This document shows positions 1 through 11,995 of a stretch of DNA of 33,416 bases, one piece after another. The position numbers and the translations under genes are program-made. Position 1 is the stretch's first letter. The number at the start of each line of letters is the position of its first letter. Origin of the DNA: Minisyncoccota bacterium (lineage in GTDB: Bacteria; Patescibacteriota; Minisyncoccia; UBA6257; HR35); contig JAVVGJ010000004.1 of the NCBI GenBank assembly GCA_032249155.1, positions 1-33,416 on the forward strand, given 5' to 3'. The notes under the pieces are model-generated. The model saw only the letters and a program-made list of their open reading frames with translations. It did not search any database and was not told the origin of the DNA.

Positions 1-1
1 T

Positions 2-1546
2 GTGGTAAGAACTTGCACTAATACTAATACTTGTTCTTATACAACACGTGGATCTGGAAATATAACAGCAAATGCTACTTTAGAGGTAAATAACCAGGTT
101 GTTGCTTCTACAACCTGCTCAGTTACTTTAGGAGGAGGTACACCTCCTCCAGGAAACCCACCAGCACCACCAAGATATGGAGGAATTTGTTCTCCTTATG
201 TAGCAAATAGAATTTCTTATCCTAATAGTACCTCTCAATTTTCTTCTGCAGGACAAGTTTCAAAACTTAATTCTCCTTCTTCAGGACCAGAAGTAAAAAA
301 AGGTGATACCCTTTACTTAGATGTAAGTCTTCAAAATGCCGGAGTAAATGCGAACGCAACTTGTAAATATAAAAATTGTGTAAATTATCAAAAAGGTTGG
401 TGTGTATATATAAATAAAGATGTGCCTAGTGCAGGTTGCAGATGGACGTGCACCTATGCTGATGTTTTAACAAGTGGTTCATGTGGTTCTTGTTCTGGTT
501 CAGCGCCAAATTGTTGGTGTAATGCTTGGTCAAACGAAACTTATACAGAAACAATAACTAATCCTCCTAATTGTAATGTAAAATCTCCGGGCGTTACTAT
601 AAGAGTTTCAATTGAAGAGCTTAGAAAATTTTTTGATACCTCTTTAAATCTTAATAATAGCTTTTCTGTAAATCCTGAAACTAATATTTCAAATAGTTCT
701 ATAACGCTTTCTTCTATGGATCAGTGGGCAAGAAGCTTAACACCTCCTTGGGACAGTTCTATTTCTCCATTAAGACATGGTTACTTTTATCTAAAATCAG
801 AAAAAATTTCTGGTTCAATTTATAACGCACCAGATACAATTACAAGATCTGATTCAATGGATAGAAATTATGTTGATTGTGAAGAATGCACCTGGTCAGG
901 AGGTGGTTGGATCTGTAGGTTCGCAGGAGTTGATAAAGGTTCTTATACAATATTTAATGAAAATAGTTCTTCAAACCCACGTTTTGTTAGAGGCTTAGAT
1001 CCTTTAAATGTTCCTTGGGGAAGAATTGAATTTTACGTTAAACCTACAACAATTAGTATGTCTTTAAATTTAGATAAACCAAATATCAATCATCCTTCCG
1101 ATATTAAAACACAAAAAAGAGATTACATTGTTGGTTATGGATTTAATATAAACTATTCACTAACACCTAATGGTACTTGGGGAAATGATAAAGGTATGTA
1201 CGAGCTTAAAGTAAATGGAAATATATTACTTAGCGGAAATCGACCTGAAGGCGGTAATTATTATTATACTCCTCTTAGAGCCGGTTCATATACTTTTGAT
1301 CTTTGCCATAACTTTGATGAACAAAGACATTCAAGAAGAGAAGCTGGTGAAGCTTATAGAGGAGATGGATTTATTTGTACGAATCAAAATATAACTGTTT
1401 ATCGTTATGTTTGCGGTCAAGGATTTTGCTGGGAATGCAGCAGCGAGCCAGATTTTACAAATCTTAAGGCTTCATGCAACATTGTTGAAACAGCTAAATG
1501 TGAAGCTTACATTGGGAGTGATTGCAGGGCTAAAGGTAGAGAATAA
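2..1546 (+). CDS. Large Cys/Ser/Thr/Asn-rich extracellular protein, 5'-truncated by the window; candidate pilus-tip adhesin
   Basis: Open frame from the window edge. 25 Cys in 514 aa, a Pro-rich linker (GGGTPPPGNPPAPP) and beta-strand-like segments. Ends 5 nt before a minor-pilin cluster. Function is inferred from context only. Confidence 0.6.
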   Translation: MVRTCTNTNTCSYTTRGSGNITANATLEVNNQVVASTTCSVTLGGGTPPPGNPPAPPRYGGICSPYVANRISYPNSTSQFSSAGQVSKLNSPSSGPEVKKGDTLYLDVSLQNAGVNANATCKYKNCVNYQKGWCVYINKDVPSAGCRWTCTYADVLTSGSCGSCSGSAPNCWCNAWSNETYTETITNPPNCNVKSPGVTIRVSIEELRKFFDTSLNLNNSFSVNPETNISNSSITLSSMDQWARSLTPPWDSSISPLRHGYFYLKSEKISGSIYNAPDTITRSDSMDRNYVDCEECTWSGGGWICRFAGVDKGSYTIFNENSSSNPRFVRGLDPLNVPWGRIEFYVKPTTISMSLNLDKPNINHPSDIKTQKRDYIVGYGFNINYSLTPNGTWGNDKGMYELKVNGNILLSGNRPEGGNYYYTPLRAGSYTFDLCHNFDEQRHSRREAGEAYRGDGFICTNQNITVYRYVCGQGFCWECSSEPDFTNLKASCNIVETAKCEAYIGSDCRAKGRE

Positions 1547-1551
1547 AATAA

Positions 1552-2190
1552 ATGAAAGGATTTACTTTACTTGAAGTATCTATTGTTCTTTTAATTTTAG
1601 GTATTGTTGCTGGAAGTTTTTTAGGCTTTTTTAGTTTCAATAAAACATTTTTTTATTTAAGAGATAAAGCTAAAAATTTTACTAATGCTTTGAATATCAT
1701 TTCAGATATGGGTCAAAAAATAATTGAAAATCCTCCTGGTAATTATTTTTGCGGTTATGGTATTTATTTTCCTTCATCAACAAGATATGAAGTTTTAGCT
1801 TTTTCAACTTCAACAAAGCTTTGTGAAGAACTCCCTAGTGCGTCTCCTATTATGAACAGTTTTATTAATCAAAATTTGGCCCAAAAAAAGTATGTACTAA
1901 AAGACGGTTCAATTTCAACTTTCTCGCCTAAAGAATTTTCTCTAAATGAAGATTTATTATATAATTCTCAAATTATTTTTTCTACCTCTTCAGAATGCAT
2001 ACCCTCTTACACGCCACCAATTGTTTTTTTATATATTTACTCCTATTCAGATCTTTTCTTTATGTATCAAGGAAATGGAAATAGTTGGGATAAAATAAAT
2101 GCTTCTTATCTTTACATTTGTTTTCAAAAGGGTTCTGAAAGATATAAAATTAAAATTAACAAATTAGGACAGGTAAGTATTGAAAGATGA
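1552..2190 (+). CDS. Type IV minor pilin (FimU/FimT/GspH-like)
   Basis: Class III signal peptide MKG|FTLLEVSIVLLILGIVAG with Glu5 and a hydrophobic helix. Ends in a FimT-like C-terminal motif (IKINKLGQV). 4 Cys. Confidence 0.8.
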   Translation: MKGFTLLEVSIVLLILGIVAGSFLGFFSFNKTFFYLRDKAKNFTNALNIISDMGQKIIENPPGNYFCGYGIYFPSSTRYEVLAFSTSTKLCEELPSASPIMNSFINQNLAQKKYVLKDGSISTFSPKEFSLNEDLLYNSQIIFSTSSECIPSYTPPIVFLYIYSYSDLFFMYQGNGNSWDKINASYLYICFQKGSERYKIKINKLGQVSIER

Positions 2191-2666
2191 AAAGTAAAGG
2201 AACAAGTTTTGGAGAAATAATGATAGTGTTTTTAATAATTTCTGTTGCCTTGATTGTTTTTTTAAAAATCACTTCAGATTATTTGAAATCTCTTGTTTTT
2301 GTTAAAGAATTTTTTATTTTAAATAGCCTCCTTCAATCTAAATACCAGCTTCTTATTGCTTATAGAAATAAAGCTTTAGAAAGACCTTTTGGCGTAGAGA
2401 CTGTTGAGCCAGCAATTTGGCCAAATTTCACAAATAATTTTTGCATTGACTTTAATATTTCAACTGGGAAAATAAATGTTAACTCTGGTTCAAATTGTGA
2501 ATTCAAATTAATTAATGGGTTAAGGTTAAACTATGCTACCTATACAATAAATTCAACTTCTTTTAACGATTATTACATTTTTTCTATCAGCGCTTATGAC
2601 AGACTTAGAGGAATTTCTTCAGAAATAAAAAATATTTATATAACAAAATGGCATCCAGCTTTTTAA
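2187..2666 (+). CDS. Type IV minor pilin (PilV-like)
   Basis: MKSKG|TSFGEIMIVFLIISVAL prepilin-like N-terminus with Glu5. ATGA overlap with the upstream gene. Confidence 0.7.
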   Translation: MKSKGTSFGEIMIVFLIISVALIVFLKITSDYLKSLVFVKEFFILNSLLQSKYQLLIAYRNKALERPFGVETVEPAIWPNFTNNFCIDFNISTGKINVNSGSNCEFKLINGLRLNYATYTINSTSFNDYYIFSISAYDRLRGISSEIKNIYITKWHPAF

Positions 2667-3208
2667 AAAATAAAAATTCTTATACTCTTTTAGAAGTTAC
2701 CATAGTTTTGCTTTTACTTTCCTTTGCTATTTTAATTGTTTCTCAAATTTATTTAAATGTTATAAATACCTCGATAATAGTAAATGATTATTACCAGTCT
2801 TTAGAAAACGTAAGATTAGGTACAGAAAAACTTTGGAGAATTTTAAAATATGGTTGGAGCTTCAACGTCTTAAATAATGGGCAAGGTTTAAGGTTTCAAA
2901 AAAAGGATTGTACAACTACCACAATAAGTTTTGATTCTTCAAGGAGAATTTTAAATTATCAAGAAGAAAATTTGAATCCAGAATCGGTCTTCGATCCTGA
3001 TCTTGTAAAAGTAAACGGAGTTATTTTTGCTACTGACACACCTAATGTAAATGAAACTTATGCTTATTTTCAGTATGCTCCTAAAGTAATTATAATTTTT
3101 TATGACTTAGAAATAAGATCTAAAAGAGGCGTGACTACAAGTTTAATTTTTGAGCAAGCTGTCGCTCCTTTAAATAGTACTTATACAAGTAATTTATGTC
3201 AAAGATGA
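2648..3208 (+). CDS. Type IV minor pilin (PilW/GspJ-like)
   Basis: KNKNS|YTLLEVTIVLLLLSFAILIV prepilin motif with Glu5. Third gene of the quartet. Confidence 0.75.
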   Translation: MASSFLKNKNSYTLLEVTIVLLLLSFAILIVSQIYLNVINTSIIVNDYYQSLENVRLGTEKLWRILKYGWSFNVLNNGQGLRFQKKDCTTTTISFDSSRRILNYQEENLNPESVFDPDLVKVNGVIFATDTPNVNETYAYFQYAPKVIIIFYDLEIRSKRGVTTSLIFEQAVAPLNSTYTSNLCQR

Positions 3209-3678
3209 AGAAAAAATCACAAATTCTTATTTTAACTCTTTTTGTAATGTTTGTCTCTTTGTCCACTGTTTTAGTTCTTTTAATTCCTGTAAATTATCAG
3301 CTAGTTAGAGTAAGAAAAATTATTTATTCTTTTCAGGCTTTTTCAGAAGCAGAATCTAATTTAGAAATAGGCAATTTGTATGTGACAAGGAATTCTAAAA
3401 TTCAAAATTATAATTACATTGAAAATGTTTTGGGTGATTTATCTAAATGCCATGATTTTGGAAAAAAAATTGGTATTGATCCAAATAGATGGACTTATTA
3501 TAGTTGTATCAAAATTGAAATTGTACCTAATAACAAGCCTACAAGCACTGAAATTTATTATTCAAAAGTCTACCCCCCTGGAGCAAATATAGACATCTAT
3601 AGCTTCTATTCTAAACTTATTTCTGAAGGAAATTATAAAGGACTGAAAAGAGTTTTAGATTTTGACTTCCTACCATAA
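3205..3678 (+). CDS. Type IV minor pilin (PilX/GspK-like, lacks Glu5)
   Basis: MKKKS|QILILTLFVMFVSL hydrophobic helix without Glu5, plus a QAFSEAES segment resembling PilX N-termini. ATG 3205 overlaps the upstream TGA (ATGA). ATG 3196 is an alternative start. Confidence 0.65.
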   Translation: MKKKSQILILTLFVMFVSLSTVLVLLIPVNYQLVRVRKIIYSFQAFSEAESNLEIGNLYVTRNSKIQNYNYIENVLGDLSKCHDFGKKIGIDPNRWTYYSCIKIEIVPNNKPTSTEIYYSKVYPPGANIDIYSFYSKLISEGNYKGLKRVLDFDFLP

Positions 3679-3701
3679 AACTTAATACTTCTATATTACG
3701 T

Positions 3702-6517
<2,816 letters not shown>

Positions 6518-6528
6518 TTTCTTTAATT

Positions 6529-7209
6529 TTATGAAAAATTCAGTAAAGAAAGAAAAACCAAACAAGCAGTTTCGGTTCTTAAGTCAAAATTACCTAAAGA
6601 AATTAATTTAGCTTTTTCTCTTATCATTTTCTCTTCTTCTTCGCTAAAACCTCCTTCAGGACCAATAAGTAAATTTATTTCGTCTGGAAGTTCGCTTAAA
6701 TTTATTTTTTCTCCCCCTTTATGAGCTAAATAAAAATTTTCTTTAACCTCTTTTAAAATTTCTCCTAAGGTTTTAACTTCTTTTATTTCTGGCGTATGTT
6801 TCCAACTAGTTACCTCTAAGGCAGAGCCTATAATTTTAAACCATCTTTGAGGAATTTCTTTTATTTTAAGACTGCTTCTTTGAGAAAGAACTGGTTGGAA
6901 AAGATAAACACCAAGTTCTGTTCCTTTTTCTAAGATAAGCTCAAAATTTTCTTTTCTAATAAGTGAAAGATAAAGATTAACTTTTCTTTTAGGAACTAAA
7001 TCTCTTTCTTTTAAACTTATTCTTTTAAAAATAAATTTTTTATTATCTAAAAGCTCATACTCTCCTTCTTGAGAAAAATTGTTAAGAAAGAAAATTTTAT
7101 CTCCATTTTTTAGGCGAAGCACATTTTTTAAGCGATTTATAACTTCTTCATCTTCAATTTTCAAGAATTCTTTTAACTCTTGATGCCAAAGAAAAATTTT
7201 TCTTCTCAT
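6529..7209 (-). CDS. rsmE: 16S rRNA m3U1498 methyltransferase (SPOUT)
   Basis: NVLRL, EKGTELGV, IGPEGGFS and SLGNFDLRTETA motifs. Confidence 0.93.
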   Translation of the reverse strand: MRRKIFLWHQELKEFLKIEDEEVINRLKNVLRLKNGDKIFFLNNFSQEGEYELLDNKKFIFKRISLKERDLVPKRKVNLYLSLIRKENFELILEKGTELGVYLFQPVLSQRSSLKIKEIPQRWFKIIGSALEVTSWKHTPEIKEVKTLGEILKEVKENFYLAHKGGEKINLSELPDEINLLIGPEGGFSEEEEKMIREKAKLISLGNFDLRTETACLVFLSLLNFS

Positions 7210-7889
7210 CTTAGTATGGTAAGAGCAATAATTTCTTTAGTGCCCTCTTTTTTAAGTTCTTTGGAGACTTCTTTTAAAGTGGTCCCTGATGTTTTAATAT
7301 CATCAACTAAAATTAATTTTTCCGGAGGTTTTTTAGTTACCCTAAAAGCATCTTTTAAATTATTTTTTCTTTCTTCTAAACTAAGCTCTGATTGATCTTT
7401 AGTTTCTCTAATTTTTTCTATATAAGGAAAAATTTCAAGACCTAAAACATTTTTAATTCCTAAAGCTAAAACCTCTGCTTGATTAAATCCCCTTTGAAAA
7501 TATTTTTTTCTATGAAGAGGTACATAGGTTAGAAAGTAACCTTTAAAATCCAAATCTTTAATCTTTTCTCCTATTTTTTTACCTAAATCAAAGAAAACTT
7601 CTCTATAACCCTCATTTTTTGCAAAGATTATTTTTTCTTTTAATTTGCTTTCTTCATAAATTCCAAAACTTATAAGTCCTTTTATAAGACTTGAATGGTT
7701 TTGACATCTTTCTCCAAAACTAATTCTTTTACCGCAAATAAAACAATTAAAACTCATCTTAAAACTAATTTTTTCTAAACAATTATCACAAAAATAATCC
7801 TCTTTCCACTTTAAGCAGAAAAGACAAAATTTAGGACTATAAATATCTAAAAATAGATTGTATAATTTATTAAGGATGGTTTTAAACAT
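7206..7889 (-). CDS. comF: ComF/ComFC competence protein (double zinc ribbon + phosphoribosyltransferase fold)
   Basis: CLFC...CDNC...CFIC...C zinc ribbons, VPLH, RGFNQAE, Q..L...ER..NL..AF and LVDDIKTSGTTL PRPP loop. Likely start ATG 7889. ATG 7940 is the longer alternative. Confidence 0.92.
   Translation of the reverse strand: MFKTILNKLYNLFLDIYSPKFCLFCLKWKEDYFCDNCLEKISFKMSFNCFICGKRISFGERCQNHSSLIKGLISFGIYEESKLKEKIIFAKNEGYREVFFDLGKKIGEKIKDLDFKGYFLTYVPLHRKKYFQRGFNQAEVLALGIKNVLGLEIFPYIEKIRETKDQSELSLEERKNNLKDAFRVTKKPPEKLILVDDIKTSGTTLKEVSKELKKEGTKEIIALTILR
7861..7866 (+). promoter_or_regulatory. Putative -10 box for the pilM operon, inside comF (antisense)
   Basis: TATAAT 9 nt before ATG 7876. 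Confidence 0.5.
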
Positions 7890-8919
7890 TATTTTAGGAG
7901 AAAAAAGGTATTTAGGTATAGATTTGGGTTCTTTTAGCATTAAAATTGTTGAGGTTTTAGATAAAGGGAAAAATTTAGAAGTAGTTAATTTTGGTATTAT
8001 CCCTATTATTAATTTTAAGCAAATTTATTCTGTTTCTAAGATTTTAGAAGAATCTTTAGCTTCTGTTTTAAAAGAATTTCTTACTTCTTTTAATATAAAA
8101 TCAAAAGAAGCTATTTTTAGTCTGCCAACTCCATATCTTCTTTCTTCAAGTTTTTTTGTGCCCAATATACCTGAAAGAAGTTTACCTCAGGTTATTAAAT
8201 TTGAAACCCAAAAACAAATTCCTTTAAGTTTAGAAGAAGTAGAAATAGAGTATAGATATTTTGATTTTGAAAAAGAAGGACAAAAAAATTGGCTTGTTTT
8301 TTTAACAGCTGTTCCTAAAACTTATTTTCAAAAAATAGAAAACATCGCTAAGCTTTCTAAATTAAATGTTAAAGGTTATGGAGCCGAATTTTTTAACTTA
8401 GAACCATTTTTTGTTTTAAATAGAGGTACATTTTTTGCTGTTGACTTGGGACATTCTTACTCCAATTTATTTGTTATTAAAGAAGATAAAACTATTTATG
8501 CGACTAAATTAAGTGTTAGAGGTTACGATTATTTGGATATGGTGATGAATATAACTAAGTTTACTGAAGAAAAAACTGTTGAGTTTGTACAAAAAAAAGG
8601 TTTTAGTTTTAACCCCGAAGAGAGAGAACTTAAAAATATTTCCGATAGCTTTATGGATAATTTAGTCAAAACAATTGAAATTGAAGTGCAAAAAACAGAG
8701 GATAAACTTTTACTTAAACCAGAGAAGCTTTATCTTACAGGCGGTCTTTCTGCTTTGAATGGTTTTAAAGAAAAGTTTTCTCAAAGATTTAATAAATATC
8801 CTTTTGAAATTTTAGATATTACTGAATTTGTTTCTGGAGATAAATTTAAAATGCTTAAAGAAAAATCAACCTTATTTACACAAGCTTTAGGAGTTGTTTT
8901 TAGAAAAATAATGTCTTAA
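7876..8919 (+). CDS. pilM: Type IV pilus assembly protein PilM (actin-like fold)
   Basis: LGIDLGSFSIKIVE, E..KQIPL, VDLGHSYS and LYLTGG motifs. First gene of the pil operon. ATG 7876 is the last canonical start before the GIDLG motif. Confidence 0.9.
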   Translation: MVLNIILGEKRYLGIDLGSFSIKIVEVLDKGKNLEVVNFGIIPIINFKQIYSVSKILEESLASVLKEFLTSFNIKSKEAIFSLPTPYLLSSSFFVPNIPERSLPQVIKFETQKQIPLSLEEVEIEYRYFDFEKEGQKNWLVFLTAVPKTYFQKIENIAKLSKLNVKGYGAEFFNLEPFFVLNRGTFFAVDLGHSYSNLFVIKEDKTIYATKLSVRGYDYLDMVMNITKFTEEKTVEFVQKKGFSFNPEERELKNISDSFMDNLVKTIEIEVQKTEDKLLLKPEKLYLTGGLSALNGFKEKFSQRFNKYPFEILDITEFVSGDKFKMLKEKSTLFTQALGVVFRKIMS

Positions 8920-8929
8920 AATTTTTTTA

Positions 8930-9445
8930 ATGGAAAGGTTTAAAATTTCTGAAATAATTCCTATCGGACTTTTACTTCCTTTTCTTATAATTTTAGGTAT
9001 CGAACTTCTTTTTGTCTATGGACTTTCCTATTACAATCAAAGTCAGGAAAATTTTCTTAATCAAAAAAAAGCAGAGCTGGACAGAAAGGAAAATGAAATC
9101 TCAAATAAAATAAAAAATAATGAAGCTTATTTTGTTTTCTCTCAATATGCTAATGCTTCTTTTCTAGCTCAAAACAAAATCTCTTTAAATACAGTTTTAG
9201 AAAAATTTAATGCTTCTATGCCAAAATTTTTAAATATTAAAAATTTTAGTTATGATGAAGAAAATAAAGAATTAAATTTAAATCTTTCTCTTAGAAGTTG
9301 GGATGAATATTTGAAATTTAGAAATTATCTTCAAAAAACAGCTAAGTTTAAAATTAAAAAAGAATCTTACCCGCAATATGATCAAAAGTCAGGTAATTTA
9401 ACTTTTAATCTAACCTTAACCTTAACACCAGAATTTTTTAAATAA
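8930..9445 (+). CDS. pilN: PilN-like bitopic membrane protein
   Basis: N-terminal TM segment, coiled-coil, then a ferredoxin-like beta/alpha C-terminus (FNLTLTL). Directly after pilM. Confidence 0.65.
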   Translation: MERFKISEIIPIGLLLPFLIILGIELLFVYGLSYYNQSQENFLNQKKAELDRKENEISNKIKNNEAYFVFSQYANASFLAQNKISLNTVLEKFNASMPKFLNIKNFSYDEENKELNLNLSLRSWDEYLKFRNYLQKTAKFKIKKESYPQYDQKSGNLTFNLTLTLTPEFFK

Positions 9446-10014
9446 TGAGGATTTTTATCAATCTTTTACCAATTATTTTGATTAGCCTTATTGCTTATGT
9501 TTTTGTAAAAAACCTTATTCCTGAATATCAGAGAACTATTTCCTTAGCCCAAGAAATTAATAAATTAAATAATAGAGAGAAAGATTTGAAAGAACTTGAA
9601 AGAATAATTAATGAGCTTTCCAAAGATAAAAATATTGCTAAACTTATTGAAAGAAAGGAAACTTTAGAAGTATGGCTTCCAAGAGAACCACAAATTACAG
9701 AAATTATTGCTTATTTTGTAAATACTTATAGAACTTTAGGCATAGGAGAATTTCCTGGAACAAACTTTAACATTTCCGAAGAAGAAAAATATTTTGTTTC
9801 TCCTTTTGTCCTTCCTGTTTCTTTTGTTACTTTCAACATTTCTTTTGATAATTTAGATATGAATAAAATCCAAGAATTTATTAGTTATGTTGACAAATCT
9901 TCAAGAATTATGAAAATAAAAAAAGCTGATTTTACCATTGATGAAAAAGGAAACATTAAATCAAATTTTATTGTAGAAACTTATTATCTTATCTTAACGC
10001 CAACGAAAAAATGA
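9445..10014 (+). CDS. pilO: PilO-like bitopic membrane protein
   Basis: TM segment, coiled-coil, LP motif, F...DKSSRIM.I and ETYY C-terminus. Position in the MNO order. Confidence 0.75.
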   Translation: MRIFINLLPIILISLIAYVFVKNLIPEYQRTISLAQEINKLNNREKDLKELERIINELSKDKNIAKLIERKETLEVWLPREPQITEIIAYFVNTYRTLGIGEFPGTNFNISEEEKYFVSPFVLPVSFVTFNISFDNLDMNKIQEFISYVDKSSRIMKIKKADFTIDEKGNIKSNFIVETYYLILTPTKK

Positions 10015-10286
10015 AACTTTCAGCATTAATAACCATTGCTATTTTTTCCTTTGTAGCCTTTTTGGGTGTTGTTATCTTTCTTTTTTGGAAAGCAGGTATT
10101 TTCAAAGCTGAATATGAACCTTCGGATCTTTTAAAACTTATTCAAAGTCAGCTCGAATTTATCAAAAATTATGATTTTAAAAAATCTTCAAGTTACGTTA
10201 ATAATTTAAATACAGAAAAAGTGGTTTTACCAGAAATTCAAGAAGGAGAACTTGGTAGACCATCGCTTTTTTCTAATCCTTACTGA
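10011..10286 (+). CDS. Small membrane-anchored pilus accessory protein in the PilP position
   Basis: N-terminal TM segment, C-terminal GRPSLFSNPY. No lipobox Cys. Coupled between pilO and pilB. Confidence 0.5.
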   Translation: MKLSALITIAIFSFVAFLGVVIFLFWKAGIFKAEYEPSDLLKLIQSQLEFIKNYDFKKSSSYVNNLNTEKVVLPEIQEGELGRPSLFSNPY

Positions 10287-11995
10287 TGCAAGAAAAATTA
10301 ATTATTGAACATTTCAAAGAAAAATATCCTAAGATTGAAGAGTGGCTTATGGAAGCAAAAATGGTTGGTATGAGCTTTGAAGAATATTTTTATAATAAAA
10401 ATCTAATTCCTGTCTCTGAATTTTTAGATTTTAAAGCTAAAATTTATAATCTTCCCGTTAAAAAATTCGAAATAGATGAAACTATTCCTTTAGAAATAAT
10501 AAATAAAATTCCTGAAAAAACAGCTTTAAACTATAAGGTTCTTTGTTTTGACTATAAGCAAAATATTCTTTACTTAGGTGTTGTCGATCCTGAAATCCCA
10601 CAACTTAATGAAAAAGTTATTGAAGTTTTAAAACAAACTTTGAAGCTTCAAGAAGTAAAACTTTTTCTTATTTCTATTCAAGATTTTTACATTCATCTTG
10701 AAGACTACCATAACTTTGAAGAAGAACTTAAAAAATTAGTTCTTGATTTTAGAAGTCAAAAAGGAAGGAAGGTAGAAGAAAAGGAAATGTTTGCTTTAGC
10801 CGAAGCGATTACTTCAGCAGAAGAAGGCCCGGTAATTAAAATGCTCGAAATAATTATAAGAAAAGCTGTAGCTTTAAGAGCTTCTGATATTCATATTGAA
10901 CCGCTTCCTGATAGATTAAGAGTAAGATTTAGGCTCTTTGGAGATTTAAAAACTGTAGCTGTTTTGCCAAAAGATATGCAGCAACCACTTATTAACAGAG
11001 TTAAAATTTTAACAAACTTAAGACTTGATGAACAGAGAATTCCTCAAGATGCCAGATTTAGAGCTACAGTTCAAGGAAGAGAAATTGATTTTCGTGTGGG
11101 TATTTTTCCTACGATTAACGGCGAAAAAGCAGCTATAAGAATTTTAGATCCTTTAGTTGGTCTTAAAAAAATTCAAGATTTAGGTTTAGCTGATTATCAT
11201 TATGAGATTATTAAAAGAAATATTAGAAGATCTTATGGCCTTATTTTAGTTACTGGTCCTACCGGATCAGGAAAGACAACCACTCTTAATGCTTTGCTTC
11301 AGGAGATAAATAGAGAAGAGATAAATATTGTTAGCTTAGAAGACCCGGTTGAATATAAAATTACTGGAGTTAATCAATCTCAAGTAAGACCGGAAATAGG
11401 CTATTCTTTTGCTAATGGGCTTAGAGAAATTTTACGTCAGGATCCTGATGTAATTTTAGTAGGTGAGATTAGAGATGAAGAAACCGCTGAACTTGTTACT
11501 CATGCAGCTTTAACAGGACACCTTGTTCTTTCTACTTTACATACTAATACAAGCTTAGGAGCTATACCTCGTTTGATTGATATGGGCGTTAAACCTTATT
11601 TTATTCCTTCAATTATTAATTTAGTTATTGCTCAAAGACTGGTAAGACAAATTTGTCAAAATTGCAAGGAAGAAATTGAAGTGCCACCAGAACTTAAAAG
11701 CGAAATAGAAAAAGTTTTAGAAACAGCTCCAGAAAAATTTAAAAACATAAAAGTAAAAGCTTTTAAAGGTAAAGGCTGTGAGAAATGTAATTTTAGAGGT
11801 TATGTAGGAAGAATAGGAATTTTCGAAATGTTTGAAATGACAAAAGAAATAGCTTCAGCAATTTCTAAAGGGCTTACCGAGGCTGAAATGTTTGATTTGG
11901 TAAGAAAACAAGATTTTATCTCTATGAGACTAGATGGTATAATAAAAGCAAGTGAAGGTCGAGTTTTTATTGATGAAATTTTCAAAGTTACTTAA
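10286..11995 (+). CDS. pilB: Type IV pilus assembly ATPase (GspE/PilB family)
   Basis: ASDIHIEP, Walker A GPTGSGKTTT, LEDPVEY, LRQDPDVILVGEIRD, His box TGHLVLSTLHTN and tetra-Cys motif (CQNC...CEKC). Confidence 0.95.
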   Translation: MQEKLIIEHFKEKYPKIEEWLMEAKMVGMSFEEYFYNKNLIPVSEFLDFKAKIYNLPVKKFEIDETIPLEIINKIPEKTALNYKVLCFDYKQNILYLGVVDPEIPQLNEKVIEVLKQTLKLQEVKLFLISIQDFYIHLEDYHNFEEELKKLVLDFRSQKGRKVEEKEMFALAEAITSAEEGPVIKMLEIIIRKAVALRASDIHIEPLPDRLRVRFRLFGDLKTVAVLPKDMQQPLINRVKILTNLRLDEQRIPQDARFRATVQGREIDFRVGIFPTINGEKAAIRILDPLVGLKKIQDLGLADYHYEIIKRNIRRSYGLILVTGPTGSGKTTTLNALLQEINREEINIVSLEDPVEYKITGVNQSQVRPEIGYSFANGLREILRQDPDVILVGEIRDEETAELVTHAALTGHLVLSTLHTNTSLGAIPRLIDMGVKPYFIPSIINLVIAQRLVRQICQNCKEEIEVPPELKSEIEKVLETAPEKFKNIKVKAFKGKGCEKCNFRGYVGRIGIFEMFEMTKEIASAISKGLTEAEMFDLVRKQDFISMRLDGIIKASEGRVFIDEIFKVT

